Source: Bacteroidetes bacterium HGW-Bacteroidetes-4 (lineage in GTDB: Bacteria > Bacteroidota > Bacteroidia > Bacteroidales > SZUA-534). From it: a stretch of DNA of 64,000 nucleotides. The notes under the pieces are model-generated. The model had not been told where the DNA came from. It saw only the letters and a list, made by a program, of their open reading frames with translations, and did not search any database. The translations under genes were made by a program, and so were the position numbers. The stretch is from positions 223,563 through 287,562 of the forward strand of contig PHDD01000002.1 in the NCBI GenBank assembly GCA_002840905.1, given 5' to 3'. Of this stretch, positions 28,115 through 38,254 are shown one piece after another (the stretch's first letter is position 1; the number at the start of each line of letters is the position of its first letter).

Positions 28115-28735
28115 CTACTCCACTTCGTTCAGGTCATCGAGGCACTGGCGGAGCCTTTGTATATTTTTTCCATAAATCCAGCGGAAATAGCGTTTTTGTA
28201 GCCAGTAACCACAAAACGAAATGAAAGCAACAAAAAGTAAGAGTAAAACTATATTAAAGTTCTGAAAGAAAACCGGCCAGTCTTCGCGGGCTGCACTTTG
28301 AAAACCCAGCAGAAACCCACCCAGGCCAGCAATGGGAATTAAAAATGCCGCCATGCGAATGTATTGTTTTATCAGGCGTTCAAAACGATCGATAAATAAA
28401 GTCAGGTACGATTTCAGGTCGGGGTGGTTTGCGAGTTTTAAGCGGATTACCTTTACATAGGGAATAAAACTTACAGCCAGAATTACGCCTATAAATAAGA
28501 GAGCGTATTTGGTGTCGGCCGGATTAATTACACGGACAAACAAAACCAAAAAAAGTGACAGCAAAAAAGCCACCGACCATTCCATAATTATTTTACGCCT
28601 TATTTTACTCAACTCATTATTGGAGCGCTTTCGAACCATGAGCCGCAATTCATTGGTCGAATAAGCCGACATTGCTCCCGATTGAGAAATGGTTTTCCAG
28701 GCATCTTTTAAATTATCCAAATCATTCATCATCAT
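28115..28735 (-). CDS. multi-pass membrane protein, putative partner (anti-sigma?) of the ECF sigma factor
   Basis: It overlaps the upstream sigma gene by 14 nt. It has a cytoplasmic N-terminus of about 50 aa followed by about 4 predicted TM helices. I recognise no family motif. Confidence 0.6.
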   Translation of the reverse strand: MMMNDLDNLKDAWKTISQSGAMSAYSTNELRLMVRKRSNNELSKIRRKIIMEWSVAFLLSLFLVLFVRVINPADTKYALLFIGVILAVSFIPYVKVIRLKLANHPDLKSYLTLFIDRFERLIKQYIRMAAFLIPIAGLGGFLLGFQSAAREDWPVFFQNFNIVLLLLFVAFISFCGYWLQKRYFRWIYGKNIQRLRQCLDDLNEVE

Positions 28736-29231
28736 CCATCAACTTTTTTAAGCGTTTCTTAACCCGGTTCATTTTTACTTTAATATTATTCACGGTCAAT
28801 CCCATAATCTCAGCAATTTCAGCATAAGCCACTTCCTCCAGATAAAGCAGAACCAGGGTTCGGTCAATATCGTTCAGTTTTTGTATGGCTTTTTGCAATG
28901 CATTTAACTGCTCCTTTTTTTCTTCTTCAATATAAAAAGGTGTATCATCGTGAACTCCAAAAAGTTTTTCATCATCACGGTCATCGAGCCGGTGTTTCTT
29001 TTCTTTACGAATCCACGAAATGGCCGTATTGATAGAAACCCGATAAAGCCATGTCGAAAATTTTGAATTCCCTTTAAACTGTGGGAATGCACGCCACAAC
29101 TGGATACATATTTCCTGAAACATATCATCCGATTCCACCCTGTTTTGCGCATACATCAGACAAACCTTACGAATAAGGGGTTGATATTCTTCTATTTTTC
29201 TGATGACCTCTTCTTCGTGCACGTCTCCCAT
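28722..29231 (-). CDS. ECF (sigma-70 group 4) RNA polymerase sigma factor
   Basis: Region 2 (FQEICIQLWRAF...FSTWLYRVSINTAISWIRK) and the region 4 HTH (YAEIAEIMGLTVNNIKVKMNRVKKRL). Confidence 0.9.
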   Translation of the reverse strand: MGDVHEEEVIRKIEEYQPLIRKVCLMYAQNRVESDDMFQEICIQLWRAFPQFKGNSKFSTWLYRVSINTAISWIRKEKKHRLDDRDDEKLFGVHDDTPFYIEEEKKEQLNALQKAIQKLNDIDRTLVLLYLEEVAYAEIAEIMGLTVNNIKVKMNRVKKRLKKLMDDDE

Positions 29232-29454
29232 CTTTTTACAGTTAATAAGTCGGCAAAGTTGTTTAAGAGTTACAATGATTTACAAAAATAGCCGTTTATC
29301 GGAAATAACTATCAAAAATCACTGACATTATAGCAAAGCATCCAATGACGATGAAATAATGGCATCTTTATTTTTATAACTACCGACAAATCAAAATAGG
29401 CATTGTATTTGTATTAACCCCGCTTTTTGGCTATAAAACGAAAACAAAAATCAT

Positions 29455-29462
29455 TACCTTTG
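29455..29462 (+). promoter_or_regulatory. Candidate -7 box TACCTTTG upstream of rsfS
   Basis: TAnnTTTG match 16 nt upstream of the ATG at 29478. Confidence 0.4.
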
Positions 29463-29477
29463 AGACAAAATAAACGT

Positions 29478-29843
29478 ATGACAAAACCAAACAAACAAAA
29501 CATTCTAAAGGATGTTGTTGTTGAAGCAATTAAAGAGAAAAAAGGAGAAGAAATTGTTGTTCTTGATTTAAACAACCTGCAACAATCGATAGCCGACTAT
29601 TTTATTATCTGCCATGGCAACTCAAACACACAGGTTGATGCCATTGCCGACTTTATTGAACGACAAACCAGAACCGAAATAAAAGAACACGCAATACATG
29701 TTGAGGGCACCGAAAACTCACAATGGATTCTTTTGGATTATGGAAATGTGGTGGTTCATGTATTTCAGGAACCTTTCCGCCGCTTTTACAATCTCGAAGA
29801 TTTATGGGCCGATGCAAAAAAAGAATTAGTTAAAGACGAATAA
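29478..29843 (+). CDS. rsfS: ribosome silencing factor
   Basis: DYFIICHGNSNTQVDAIAD...WILLDYGNVVVHVFQ...R.FYNLEDLW signature. The ATG at 29478 is preferred over the TTG at 29427. Confidence 0.9.
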   Translation: MTKPNKQNILKDVVVEAIKEKKGEEIVVLDLNNLQQSIADYFIICHGNSNTQVDAIADFIERQTRTEIKEHAIHVEGTENSQWILLDYGNVVVHVFQEPFRRFYNLEDLWADAKKELVKDE

Positions 29844-29855
29844 TACCTACACGCA

Positions 29856-31919
29856 ATGAGCGAAGAAAACAACGAAAAGAAAGATTTTGGATTTGGAACA
29901 AAGCCGGGTGGCGATCCAAAAAATAACGATAAAAAACCGAAGTTTAATATAACCTGGGTTTATGGCCTTATTGCCATTTTTTTGTTTGGCATGCTGTTTA
30001 TGCAGTTTGGAGCCGAACCTGTTGAAATTACCCGCAGCAGGTTTGAACAGGAAATGCTGCGCACCCACGACGTGGAAAAAATTGAAGTGGTAAATAACAA
30101 ACGGGCTGAAATATTCATTAAACAAGATCGCCTTAGTGAAACCAAGTTTCACGATGCCAACAAGCAAAAAAACGGTACTGTTGCAACTGCCGGTCCCCAC
30201 TATTTTTTTACCATCGGTTCGGTTGAAGTCTTTGAGAAAAAACTCGACGAAGCCATGAAAGAATTCTCTGTTGAAGAGGAAGTACCCGTAAGCTACGTTA
30301 CCCGAGAGAACCATTTTGAAACTATTTTGAACTGGTTGTTGTTTCCTTTGCTTTTAATTGGAGTATGGTTGTTTATTTTCCGCCGTATGGCAGGGCCAAA
30401 CGGTGCCGGTAGCCAGATATTCAATATTGGCAAATCGAAAGCAAAAATATTCGATAAGGAAGGTGCTGAAGTAAAAGTCGATTTTAAAGATGTTGCCGGA
30501 CTCGAAGAAGCCAAAGTTGAGATTAAAGAGATTGTTGACTTTTTAAAGAATCCTGAAAAATATACCACACTGGGAGGTAAAATTCCTAAAGGAGCTCTTT
30601 TGGTAGGCCCTCCCGGAACCGGAAAAACCCTGCTGGCAAAAGCCGTAGCCGGTGAGGCTCATGTACCTTTCTTCTCCATGTCGGGTTCCGATTTTGTTGA
30701 GATGTTTGTCGGCGTAGGTGCATCACGCGTGCGCGACTTGTTTAAGCAAGCCAAAGAAAAAGCGCCCTGTATCATTTTTATCGATGAGATTGATGCTATT
30801 GGCCGTGCCCGTGGAAAAAACCCAAACTGGGGAGCCAACGACGAACGCGAAAACACCCTGAACCAATTGCTCACCGAAATGGACGGCTTTGGAACAAATA
30901 GCGGAGTAATTATTCTGGCAGCAACCAACCGCGCCGACATTCTTGACCGCGCTTTACTGCGTGCCGGCCGTTTCGACCGTCAAATTCACGTAGAATTGCC
31001 CGACTTGAACGAACGTAAAGAAATTTTCAAGGTTCACATGCGCCCCCTAACCAAACTGGGCGAAGAAGTTTCGGCCGAATTTTTAGCCAAACAAACCCCC
31101 GGATTCTCGGGGGCCGATATTGCCAACGTGGCTAACGAAGCGGCTCTGATTGCCGCCCGCAAAAACAAAAACAAGGTCGAAAAACAAGACTTTTTAGATG
31201 CCATCGACAGGATAATTGGCGGATTGGAAAAGAAAAACAAAATAATATCGCCCGAGGAGAAAAAAACCATTGCTTACCACGAGGCAGGTCACGCCACCGT
31301 AAGCTGGGTACTTGAACATGCCAATCCTTTAATCAAGGTGACCATTGTGCCACGTGGACAAGCGCTGGGTGCTGCCTGGTATTTGCCCGAAGAGCGACAA
31401 CTGACCACTAAGGATCAGATGCTCGACGAGATGTGTGCCATTTTGGGCGGACGTGCCGCCGAAGAATTATTCTTTGGCAGAATCTCAACCGGAGCACTTA
31501 ACGATTTAGAAAAAGTAACCAAACAAGCCTATGCCATGGTATCGTTCTTTGGCATGAGCGACCGCATTGGTAACCGAAGTTTTTACGATTCGTCGGGACA
31601 AAACGAATACTCCTTTAATAAACCTTATAGCGACGACACCGCCAAAGCCATCGACGAGGAAGTAAAAAGTATTATTGACCTGGCTTATGAAAAAGCTAAA
31701 GCGCTGCTTTTAGAATATCGCGAGCAACACAACAAAATTGGGGATTTATTACTCGAGAAAGAAGTAATTTTTGCTGAAGACCTGGAACGCATAATAGGCC
31801 CGCGTCCGCATGGAAAAACACCTTTTTCAGAAGACAATGCTGCCACGGCTCCCGTAAAAGAAATTGTACCCGAAACACCAAATACGGAAACTACAGAACC
31901 AAAAAACCAAACAGAGTAA
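29856..31919 (+). CDS. ftsH: ATP-dependent zinc metalloprotease FtsH
   Basis: Walker A GPPGTGKT, the SRH region and the HEAGH zinc motif. Confidence 0.95.
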   Translation: MSEENNEKKDFGFGTKPGGDPKNNDKKPKFNITWVYGLIAIFLFGMLFMQFGAEPVEITRSRFEQEMLRTHDVEKIEVVNNKRAEIFIKQDRLSETKFHDANKQKNGTVATAGPHYFFTIGSVEVFEKKLDEAMKEFSVEEEVPVSYVTRENHFETILNWLLFPLLLIGVWLFIFRRMAGPNGAGSQIFNIGKSKAKIFDKEGAEVKVDFKDVAGLEEAKVEIKEIVDFLKNPEKYTTLGGKIPKGALLVGPPGTGKTLLAKAVAGEAHVPFFSMSGSDFVEMFVGVGASRVRDLFKQAKEKAPCIIFIDEIDAIGRARGKNPNWGANDERENTLNQLLTEMDGFGTNSGVIILAATNRADILDRALLRAGRFDRQIHVELPDLNERKEIFKVHMRPLTKLGEEVSAEFLAKQTPGFSGADIANVANEAALIAARKNKNKVEKQDFLDAIDRIIGGLEKKNKIISPEEKKTIAYHEAGHATVSWVLEHANPLIKVTIVPRGQALGAAWYLPEERQLTTKDQMLDEMCAILGGRAAEELFFGRISTGALNDLEKVTKQAYAMVSFFGMSDRIGNRSFYDSSGQNEYSFNKPYSDDTAKAIDEEVKSIIDLAYEKAKALLLEYREQHNKIGDLLLEKEVIFAEDLERIIGPRPHGKTPFSEDNAATAPVKEIVPETPNTETTEPKNQTE

Positions 31920-31925
31920 TAAAGC

Positions 31926-32123
31926 ATGAATGCTGACTGGAAAACCGTTTATTCAACCGGCAAACTTTATCAGGCAGAAATGGCAAAAATCATTTTGGAA
32001 GAAAACGATATTGAGACCGTTTTGCTAAACCAGCAGGATTCTTTGTACCTTTTTGGAGCAATAGAATTATTAGTAAAGCCCGAACAAGTGATTCGGGCTA
32101 AATATTTGTTAAAAGATTTATAA
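31926..32123 (+). CDS. DUF2007-like small protein
   Basis: 65-aa ORF tightly packed between ftsH and cdsA, with a pattern like the putative signal-transducing DUF2007 fold. Confidence 0.6.
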   Translation: MNADWKTVYSTGKLYQAEMAKIILEENDIETVLLNQQDSLYLFGAIELLVKPEQVIRAKYLLKDL

Positions 32124-32124
32124 A

Positions 32125-32937
32125 GTGAACAATTTTTTTCAACGCTCACTTACCGGACTATTAATGGTAATAGTATTAATCGGCTCGCTGTTACTACATC
32201 CGTTTTTATTTGCGTTGGTATTTTTACTTATCAACATTGTTGCTCTGATTGAATTTTACAAGCTAGCTGCACTTAGCCACAGCCGTCCGCAAAATAAGTA
32301 TGGAAACATTGTAGGCACCTTTATTTTTCTTGCCGGTTTTCTTTGGTATCAATTCGACTGGGGGCCCTATGTTTCCTTGTTGATAATACCCTTTCTAACT
32401 TTTATTTTCATTTTCGAACTTTACCGAGTCCGCAAACAGCCTTTGTTGCATCTGGCAACCACCCTGCTGGGTCTGGTCTACGTTTCCTTCCCATTAATGC
32501 TGGTTAATCACCTGGCTTATTTTGACGGAAGCTATAACGGAAAAATCGTATTAGGCATCTTTATTCTAATCTGGCTTAGCGACACCGGTGCTTATGTATT
32601 CGGTGTAACCCTCGGAAAACACAAATTATTCGAACGCATTTCGCCCAAGAAAACCTGGGAGGGATTTATCGGCGGAATTATGGTTTCCTTAGGCGGATCG
32701 TTTCTGTTAGCGCGTTATATGGGTATTTTTGAACTTCATGAATGGGCTATTGTTGCAGGAATTGTAGGAGTATTCGGAACATTGGGAGATTTGGTTGAAT
32801 CGATGCTGAAACGCAGTGTCAGCATTAAAGATTCAGGGAACTTACTTCCTGGTCATGGAGGAATTTTAGATCGTTTTGATAGTTTCTTGTTTGCAATTCC
32901 GGTAATTTTTACATATTTGTACTTTTTTGTAAGGTAG
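32125..32937 (+). CDS. cdsA: phosphatidate cytidylyltransferase
   Basis: Multi-TM protein with the signature SDTGAY..G...GKHKL....SPKKTWEG..GG and KD.G.LLPGHGG.LDR.DS. It uses a GTG start. Confidence 0.9.
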   Translation: MNNFFQRSLTGLLMVIVLIGSLLLHPFLFALVFLLINIVALIEFYKLAALSHSRPQNKYGNIVGTFIFLAGFLWYQFDWGPYVSLLIIPFLTFIFIFELYRVRKQPLLHLATTLLGLVYVSFPLMLVNHLAYFDGSYNGKIVLGIFILIWLSDTGAYVFGVTLGKHKLFERISPKKTWEGFIGGIMVSLGGSFLLARYMGIFELHEWAIVAGIVGVFGTLGDLVESMLKRSVSIKDSGNLLPGHGGILDRFDSFLFAIPVIFTYLYFFVR

Positions 32938-32955
32938 TTTAATTCAATTTAAAAC

Positions 32956-33615
32956 ATGAAGATTCACAAAGCCGGTTACAGTATAATTTTAGTAGCATTT
33001 CTGCTATTTTCATCTCTGATTGCGTTATTAGTTTATACAAACGCCAGGGCTATTGTTTTTTATCCCCTGCTTACATTCTTTATCCTGCTGTTTGCGTTTG
33101 TTATTCGGTTCTTCCGAAAACCAAAACGCAACATTCAGTTTAATGAAAAAGAAGTTTTTGCTCCGGCCGATGGTACTATTGTAACCATCGAAGAGGTTGA
33201 AGAAACCGAGTTCATAAAAGAAAAATGCATACAGGTTTCTATTTTCATGTCGGTTTGGAACGTGCACATCAACTGGTTTCCGGTAATCGGTAAAATTATC
33301 CAGTTGCTCCATTTTGATGGCCGGTATATGGCCGCCTGGTTGCCAAAGTCGTCGCATGAAAATGAACGTTCGGTAGTTGTTATAGAAACAGTAAATTCAG
33401 GTAAAATACTGGTTAAACAAATTGCCGGTGCCTTGGCCCGTCGTATAATTACCTATGCCAAACCAAACGATGCATGCCAAGCCGGCCAGGAACTGGGTTT
33501 TATTCGTTTTGGTTCGCGGGTTGACATTTTATTGCCTTTGGGCTCAACCATTCATGTAAACCTGGATCAAAAAGTTACCGGTGGCCTCACAAAAATAGCT
33601 GATCTTCCTAAGTAA
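32956..33615 (+). CDS. psd: phosphatidylserine decarboxylase (short, membrane-anchored type)
   Basis: N-terminal TM helices plus the FGSRVD self-cleavage (pyruvoyl) motif. It lies next to cdsA. Confidence 0.85.
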   Translation: MKIHKAGYSIILVAFLLFSSLIALLVYTNARAIVFYPLLTFFILLFAFVIRFFRKPKRNIQFNEKEVFAPADGTIVTIEEVEETEFIKEKCIQVSIFMSVWNVHINWFPVIGKIIQLLHFDGRYMAAWLPKSSHENERSVVVIETVNSGKILVKQIAGALARRIITYAKPNDACQAGQELGFIRFGSRVDILLPLGSTIHVNLDQKVTGGLTKIADLPK

Positions 33616-33692
33616 ATAAGCATTTATAGCTTAGACTGCTTTTAAATAGGAAAAAAAAGCACCTTTGGTTAGAATATATTGATCGATAAGTA

Positions 33693-33700
33693 TAAATTTG
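33693..33700 (+). promoter_or_regulatory. Candidate -7 box TAAATTTG upstream of the ferredoxin gene
   Basis: TAnnTTTG match 31 nt upstream of the ATG at 33732. Confidence 0.4.
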
Positions 33701-33731
33701 CCGCATATTAATCAACAAAAATTGTTCGGAT

Positions 33732-33902
33732 ATGGCTTATAAAATTTCTGAAGACTGTATAGCTTGTGGCTCTTGCATCAGCGAATGCCCTGTAGAAGCT
33801 ATTTCTGAAGGTGATATTTATGTTATAGATCCTGATATTTGTACCGATTGCGGTACCTGTGTTGAGGTTTGTCCAACTGATGCTATTTCACCTGCAGAGT
33901 AA
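33732..33902 (+). CDS. 2x[4Fe-4S] ferredoxin (56 aa)
   Basis: My own translation is MAYKISEDCIACGSCISECPVEAISEGDIYVIDPDICTDCGTCVEVCPTDAISPAE. It has two CxxCxxCxxxCP motifs. It is absent from the supplied ORF track because it is shorter than 60 aa. Confidence 0.9.
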   Translation: MAYKISEDCIACGSCISECPVEAISEGDIYVIDPDICTDCGTCVEVCPTDAISPAE

Positions 33903-33926
33903 ATTTTTTAAAAAATTTAGTTAAAA

Positions 33927-33949
33927 AGCCCAATTCGTTGGGCTTTTTA
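33927..33949 (+). terminator. Rho-independent terminator of the ferredoxin gene
   Basis: AGCCCAA-TTCG-TTGGGCT followed by TTTTT. Confidence 0.7.
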
Positions 33950-34025
33950 TTTTTAATGCTATAATACTTCCCATTCTTTTGTGTAAAACGATGCCGTTTT
34001 AATTCCTTTTAATAGGAAAACCCAT

Positions 34026-34033
34026 TATATTTG
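34026..34033 (+). promoter_or_regulatory. Candidate -7 box TATATTTG
   Basis: TAnnTTTG match 30 nt upstream of the ATG at 34064. Confidence 0.4.
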
Positions 34034-34063
34034 CCAATCATTAGCAAAACCAAATAACAGCAC

Positions 34064-35941
34064 ATGATCTTTAGCAAAAAATATACGCCACGATGGATCG
34101 TTTTCACCATTGACGTTTTTATTTGTGTCGCTTCAGTGGCACTGGCTTATCTGCTTCGGTTCAATTTTCAGATTCCTGAAACCAATGTAGCCTCTCTGTA
34201 TTTTATAATTCCTTTTGTGGCTGCCATCCGAATAATCAGTTTTATTATTGGTCATACTTATGCAGGAATTGTCCGCTATACCGGAATGAAAGATTCGCAA
34301 CGGATTTTCATAACCATTTTCTTAGGAAGTGTATTTATTGTAATTAGTAACATCATTAGTTACTATTTTATAACCAAAGCCTTTATTGTTCCCTTATCTA
34401 TAGTTATTATCGACTTTTTTACCACCGTGTTTTTTATGACCTCGCTGCGCTGGTTGGTTAAAGCTATTTTTTACGAACTACGCAGTTCACCCTTAAAAAT
34501 TAAACGTGCGGCCATTTACGGAACAGGACCCGCTGCAATGACCGTAAAAACCACGCTCGAGCAGGATTACGAAACCCGCTACAAAATTATTGGTTTTTTC
34601 GATGATGTAACCACCCGCTCGCGTAAAAAAGCAGAAGGAATTGACATACTACCCATTTCGCGGATTGAAACCATTTTAAACAACCAGGAGCTCGATTTTC
34701 TTGTGTTGGCCCGTCCGTTTGCTACAGTTGAAGAAAAAACCAATTTGGTTGAACTCTGCCTGAACAACAACGTTAGGGTTTTAGCCGTTCCCAGTGTCGA
34801 CAGTTGGATTAACGGTGAGCTGAGCTCCAAACAAATTCGACAGGTAAAAATTGAAGAATTACTCGAACGCAATCCCATCCGGCTCGATGTTGCACGTATT
34901 AACGAACAGGTTAAGAACAAAGTAGTTTTGATAACTGGTGCTGCCGGTTCCATTGGCAGCGAGATGGTTCGACAACTTATAAAGTTTGAACCCAAAAACC
35001 TGCTTTTGTTCGATCAGGCTGAAACGCCGCTCTACGACATTGAGATGGAACTCAGGGAACAAAAACAATGCTTTAACTTCCAGGTAATTATGGGCGACAT
35101 TGCCGACCCGGTGCGGGTTGAAGAGGTTTTTAGAGCCTATAAACCCGAAATAATTTTCCATGCAGCCGCATACAAACATGTGCCCATGATGGAAAACAAC
35201 CCGGCTGAAGCCATTAAAACCAATGTATTTGGAACCCGAACTGTAGCTGACCTGGCTGTAAAATACGGTGCCAAGCGCTTTGTAATGGTATCGACCGATA
35301 AGGCAGTAAACCCAACCAATGTGATGGGCGCATCGAAACGCCTGGCCGAAATTTACATCCAGTCGTTAAACTCAAAAACCAATACTGCATTTATTACCAC
35401 CCGATTTGGAAACGTACTGGGCTCAAACGGTTCGGTAATTCCGCGATTCCGCAAACAAATTGAAGAAGGCGGTCCAATTACCGTTACGCATCCGCAAATT
35501 ACCCGCTATTTCATGACCATTCCCGAAGCCTGTCAGCTGGTTTTGGAAGCAGGAGCTATGGGAACCGGAGGCGAGATATTCATCTTCGACATGGGTAAAT
35601 CGGTTAAAATTGTCGATTTGGCAAAAAAGATGATTAAACTCTCGGGACTCCAACTGGGAAAAGACATTCAAATCAGTTTTACGGGATTACGCCCCGGCGA
35701 AAAACTTTACGAGGAATTACTGGCCGATAAAGAAAATACATTGCCGACGCATCATCCGCAAATTATGATTGCCAAGGTTCGGAATTACGAATTCAACGAA
35801 GTAAAGGTTCAAATGGAACAATTGATTGACCTGCTTAAGGAACAAAACCATCTGAAGCTGGTAGATTCAATGAAAAGGATAGTTCCTGAGTTTATAAGTC
35901 AGAATTCCATTTACGAACAACTCGACAAACCGCTAGTTTAA
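34064..35941 (+). CDS. membrane-anchored polysaccharide biosynthesis NDP-sugar 4,6-dehydratase/epimerase (CapD/WbpM-like)
   Basis: Four N-terminal TM helices, two Rossmann regions (ITGAAGSIGSE) and YKHVPMME / STDKAV SDR motifs. Confidence 0.85.
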   Translation: MIFSKKYTPRWIVFTIDVFICVASVALAYLLRFNFQIPETNVASLYFIIPFVAAIRIISFIIGHTYAGIVRYTGMKDSQRIFITIFLGSVFIVISNIISYYFITKAFIVPLSIVIIDFFTTVFFMTSLRWLVKAIFYELRSSPLKIKRAAIYGTGPAAMTVKTTLEQDYETRYKIIGFFDDVTTRSRKKAEGIDILPISRIETILNNQELDFLVLARPFATVEEKTNLVELCLNNNVRVLAVPSVDSWINGELSSKQIRQVKIEELLERNPIRLDVARINEQVKNKVVLITGAAGSIGSEMVRQLIKFEPKNLLLFDQAETPLYDIEMELREQKQCFNFQVIMGDIADPVRVEEVFRAYKPEIIFHAAAYKHVPMMENNPAEAIKTNVFGTRTVADLAVKYGAKRFVMVSTDKAVNPTNVMGASKRLAEIYIQSLNSKTNTAFITTRFGNVLGSNGSVIPRFRKQIEEGGPITVTHPQITRYFMTIPEACQLVLEAGAMGTGGEIFIFDMGKSVKIVDLAKKMIKLSGLQLGKDIQISFTGLRPGEKLYEELLADKENTLPTHHPQIMIAKVRNYEFNEVKVQMEQLIDLLKEQNHLKLVDSMKRIVPEFISQNSIYEQLDKPLV

Positions 35942-36454
35942 ATCAACCAGCCCGTCAGGTAATTCAACAAGTATCTCTTTTGAATTCGGATTAATACTTC
36001 GGATAAAATGGGGATGGAAAGGAATGAGTTGTTCCCCCATATTGGTTTCCACAGCAAGTAAGGGGTTCATTTTGTTATCGAGAAAAGCAAGCACCTCGCC
36101 TACTGGTCCGGTATTTATATCGATAAGCTGAAAACCTACCAATAGCTCAGGTGCTACCTGCAAGTTTTGCTCCGATAGCTGTAGATTTTGGTTTGGAATT
36201 AGCACCGGAACCTGCACCAGCTTTTTAGCCTTTATTTCAGTTTCAATCCAGTCGAAAGCAACACGAAATCGTTCGTTGCTTACCGGAACCAGCGTTTTTA
36301 TAAAAAAAGGAACCAGTAATCCCTCCAATTCGAGAAATACTGGTTCCTTATAATTTTCTATTAATTCAGGATAGTTAACTTCGATAATCAATTCCCCATG
36401 AATACCATGGGTTTTAATGATAGTACCGATTTGAAAACTATCGCTTTTTAGCAT
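35933..36454 (-). CDS. rimM: 16S rRNA processing protein RimM
   Basis: IGTIIKTHGIHGEL N-terminal barrel plus a PRC barrel. It lies downstream of rpsP, the classic synteny. Confidence 0.85.
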   Translation of the reverse strand: MLKSDSFQIGTIIKTHGIHGELIIEVNYPELIENYKEPVFLELEGLLVPFFIKTLVPVSNERFRVAFDWIETEIKAKKLVQVPVLIPNQNLQLSEQNLQVAPELLVGFQLIDINTGPVGEVLAFLDNKMNPLLAVETNMGEQLIPFHPHFIRSINPNSKEILVELPDGLVDLN

Positions 36455-36461
36455 TCAAATA

Positions 36462-37100
36462 CTATGCTTCAGCCGTTTCGTCAGCCGGGGCATCACCTTC
36501 AGCTTTTACTTCAGCATTAGGAGTTTCTTCAACTTCAGGAGCTACTTCTGCTACAGGAGTTTCTGCAACTTCAGGAGCAGCTTCTTCGGCTATTGGAGCT
36601 TCTTCGGCTTCGGCATTTGCAGCTGCCGCTTCTTTAGCTAAGGCTGCTGATTTTTCTGCCAACGCTTTAGCCCTGTCATCATTCACTTTTTTCTCAGCCT
36701 CTAAACGCGACTTAAGTGAGGTAGATTTATCGGCTTTTAACTGATCAACTTTTGCCTGAATTTTCGACTTTTTGTCGGCCATCCATGCTTCAAATTTTTC
36801 CTCGGCTGCAGCTTCATCAAAAGCTCCTTTTTGGACCCCTTCGAGCAAATGTTTTTTCATTAAAACTCCTTGGTATGAAAGGATTGATTTTGCGGTGTCA
36901 GAAGGTTGCGCACCGTTTTGTAGCCAATGCAATGCCCGATCGAAGTTAAGTTCAATAGTAGCAGGATTTGTGTTAGGATTGTAACTACCTAATCTCTCTA
37001 TGAACTTACCATCTCGTGGCGCCCTGCTATCGGCTGCAATAATGTGGTAATAAGCATTACGCTTTCTACCATGTCTTGCTAATCTGATTCTTACAGGCAT
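36462..37100 (-). CDS. rpsP: 30S ribosomal protein S16 with an Ala/Glu/Pro-rich C-terminal extension
   Basis: [42 protein letters not shown] core, then a low-complexity tail of about 120 aa. Confidence 0.9.
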   Translation of the reverse strand: MPVRIRLARHGRKRNAYYHIIAADSRAPRDGKFIERLGSYNPNTNPATIELNFDRALHWLQNGAQPSDTAKSILSYQGVLMKKHLLEGVQKGAFDEAAAEEKFEAWMADKKSKIQAKVDQLKADKSTSLKSRLEAEKKVNDDRAKALAEKSAALAKEAAAANAEAEEAPIAEEAAPEVAETPVAEVAPEVEETPNAEVKAEGDAPADETAEA

Positions 37101-37135
37101 AAATTTAATTTTAAATTGTTATTATTTCGAGGCTG

Positions 37136-37143
37136 CAAAGATA
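37136..37143 (-). promoter_or_regulatory. Candidate -7 box (TATCTTTG on the minus strand) for rpsP
   Basis: The plus strand reads CAAAGATA, 36 nt upstream of the rpsP start. Confidence 0.4.
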
Positions 37144-37278
37144 ATATTTATTTTAACATTCAAAACCCTGCTTTACTACTTTTTTTATTTGATGTTAAGC
37201 TTATTAGGATTCCTGCAAATATATACCACTATTGCCACAACAACTTATAAGAGTTGGGCTCAAATCGGATAGAAATAC

Positions 37279-37286
37279 TATTTTTG
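37279..37286 (+). promoter_or_regulatory. Candidate -7 box TATTTTTG for the histidine kinase operon
   Basis: The match lies only 14 nt upstream of the ATG at 37300, which would imply a very short leader. Confidence 0.3.
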
Positions 37287-37299
37287 TATAAAAAAATTC

Positions 37300-38247
37300 A
37301 TGATTCGTTTAATTGCTCTGCTTATCTCGATTACCTTACAATTGGTAGCTGCCATTTTTGCCTTACGGCTGATGCGCGTTACCAAATACCGGGCTTCGTG
37401 GGTGCTTATTTCACTGGGGTTTTTACTTACGGCCATCAAACGAACCATTAAGCTTATTCAGTTTCTGGATGATGACTTCTCGTTTTACCTTACCATGGCC
37501 GATGATTGGCTGGGTGTGATTATCTCATTCTTGTTTACCGCAGGAGTGTTTTTAATTGGCGAAATTTTCTACGCCCTTAAGCGAGCCGAAATTGAACGAA
37601 ACCGGTCAGAAAAACGCGTATTAAATGCAATTATACAAACTGAAGAAAAAGAACGAAAACGTTTTGCAAAAGATTTACATGATGGTTTGGGGCCCTTGCT
37701 TTCGACCGTTAAGATGTCAATTTCGGCCGTATTAAATAATAAAATAAACAACCAGCAGGAAATTCTTGAAAACACCAATCTGGTTATTAACGAAGCCATT
37801 TCAAGCATCAAAGAAATATCGAATAACCTGAGCCCGCATGTATTAACTAATTTTGGACTGGTAAGTGCCATTAAAAACTTCTCACACAAAATAAACCAAA
37901 CAAAATCGGTTAACATTATTCTGGCCAGCAATATGGAAAACGAACGCTTCGATCACAATGTGGAAACCATTTTATACCGTGCAACCTGCGAGTTGATTAC
38001 CAACACGCTAAAACATGCCGAAGCAAAAAACGTTCAACTGAATATTTCGAAACATCTAAATACTTTGACCATTCAATTTCACGACGATGGTCGTGGTTTT
38101 AATCCCGACAAAACCCTTACAAATGCAAATTCAGGAATGGGGTTCTCAAATATCACTTCGCGGATAAAATCAATAAACGGGGTATTTATTATAAACAGTT
38201 CGCCTGGCGAAGGAACAAATGCATTAATCAAAGTTCGTTTAAATTAA
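37300..38247 (+). CDS. sensor histidine kinase (HisKA_3 / NarX-DegS type)
   Basis: Three N-terminal TM helices, H-box FAKDLHDGLGPLL and a HATPase_c domain (N, G boxes). Confidence 0.85.
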   Translation: MIRLIALLISITLQLVAAIFALRLMRVTKYRASWVLISLGFLLTAIKRTIKLIQFLDDDFSFYLTMADDWLGVIISFLFTAGVFLIGEIFYALKRAEIERNRSEKRVLNAIIQTEEKERKRFAKDLHDGLGPLLSTVKMSISAVLNNKINNQQEILENTNLVINEAISSIKEISNNLSPHVLTNFGLVSAIKNFSHKINQTKSVNIILASNMENERFDHNVETILYRATCELITNTLKHAEAKNVQLNISKHLNTLTIQFHDDGRGFNPDKTLTNANSGMGFSNITSRIKSINGVFIINSSPGEGTNALIKVRLN

Positions 38248-38254
38248 AAAAACT

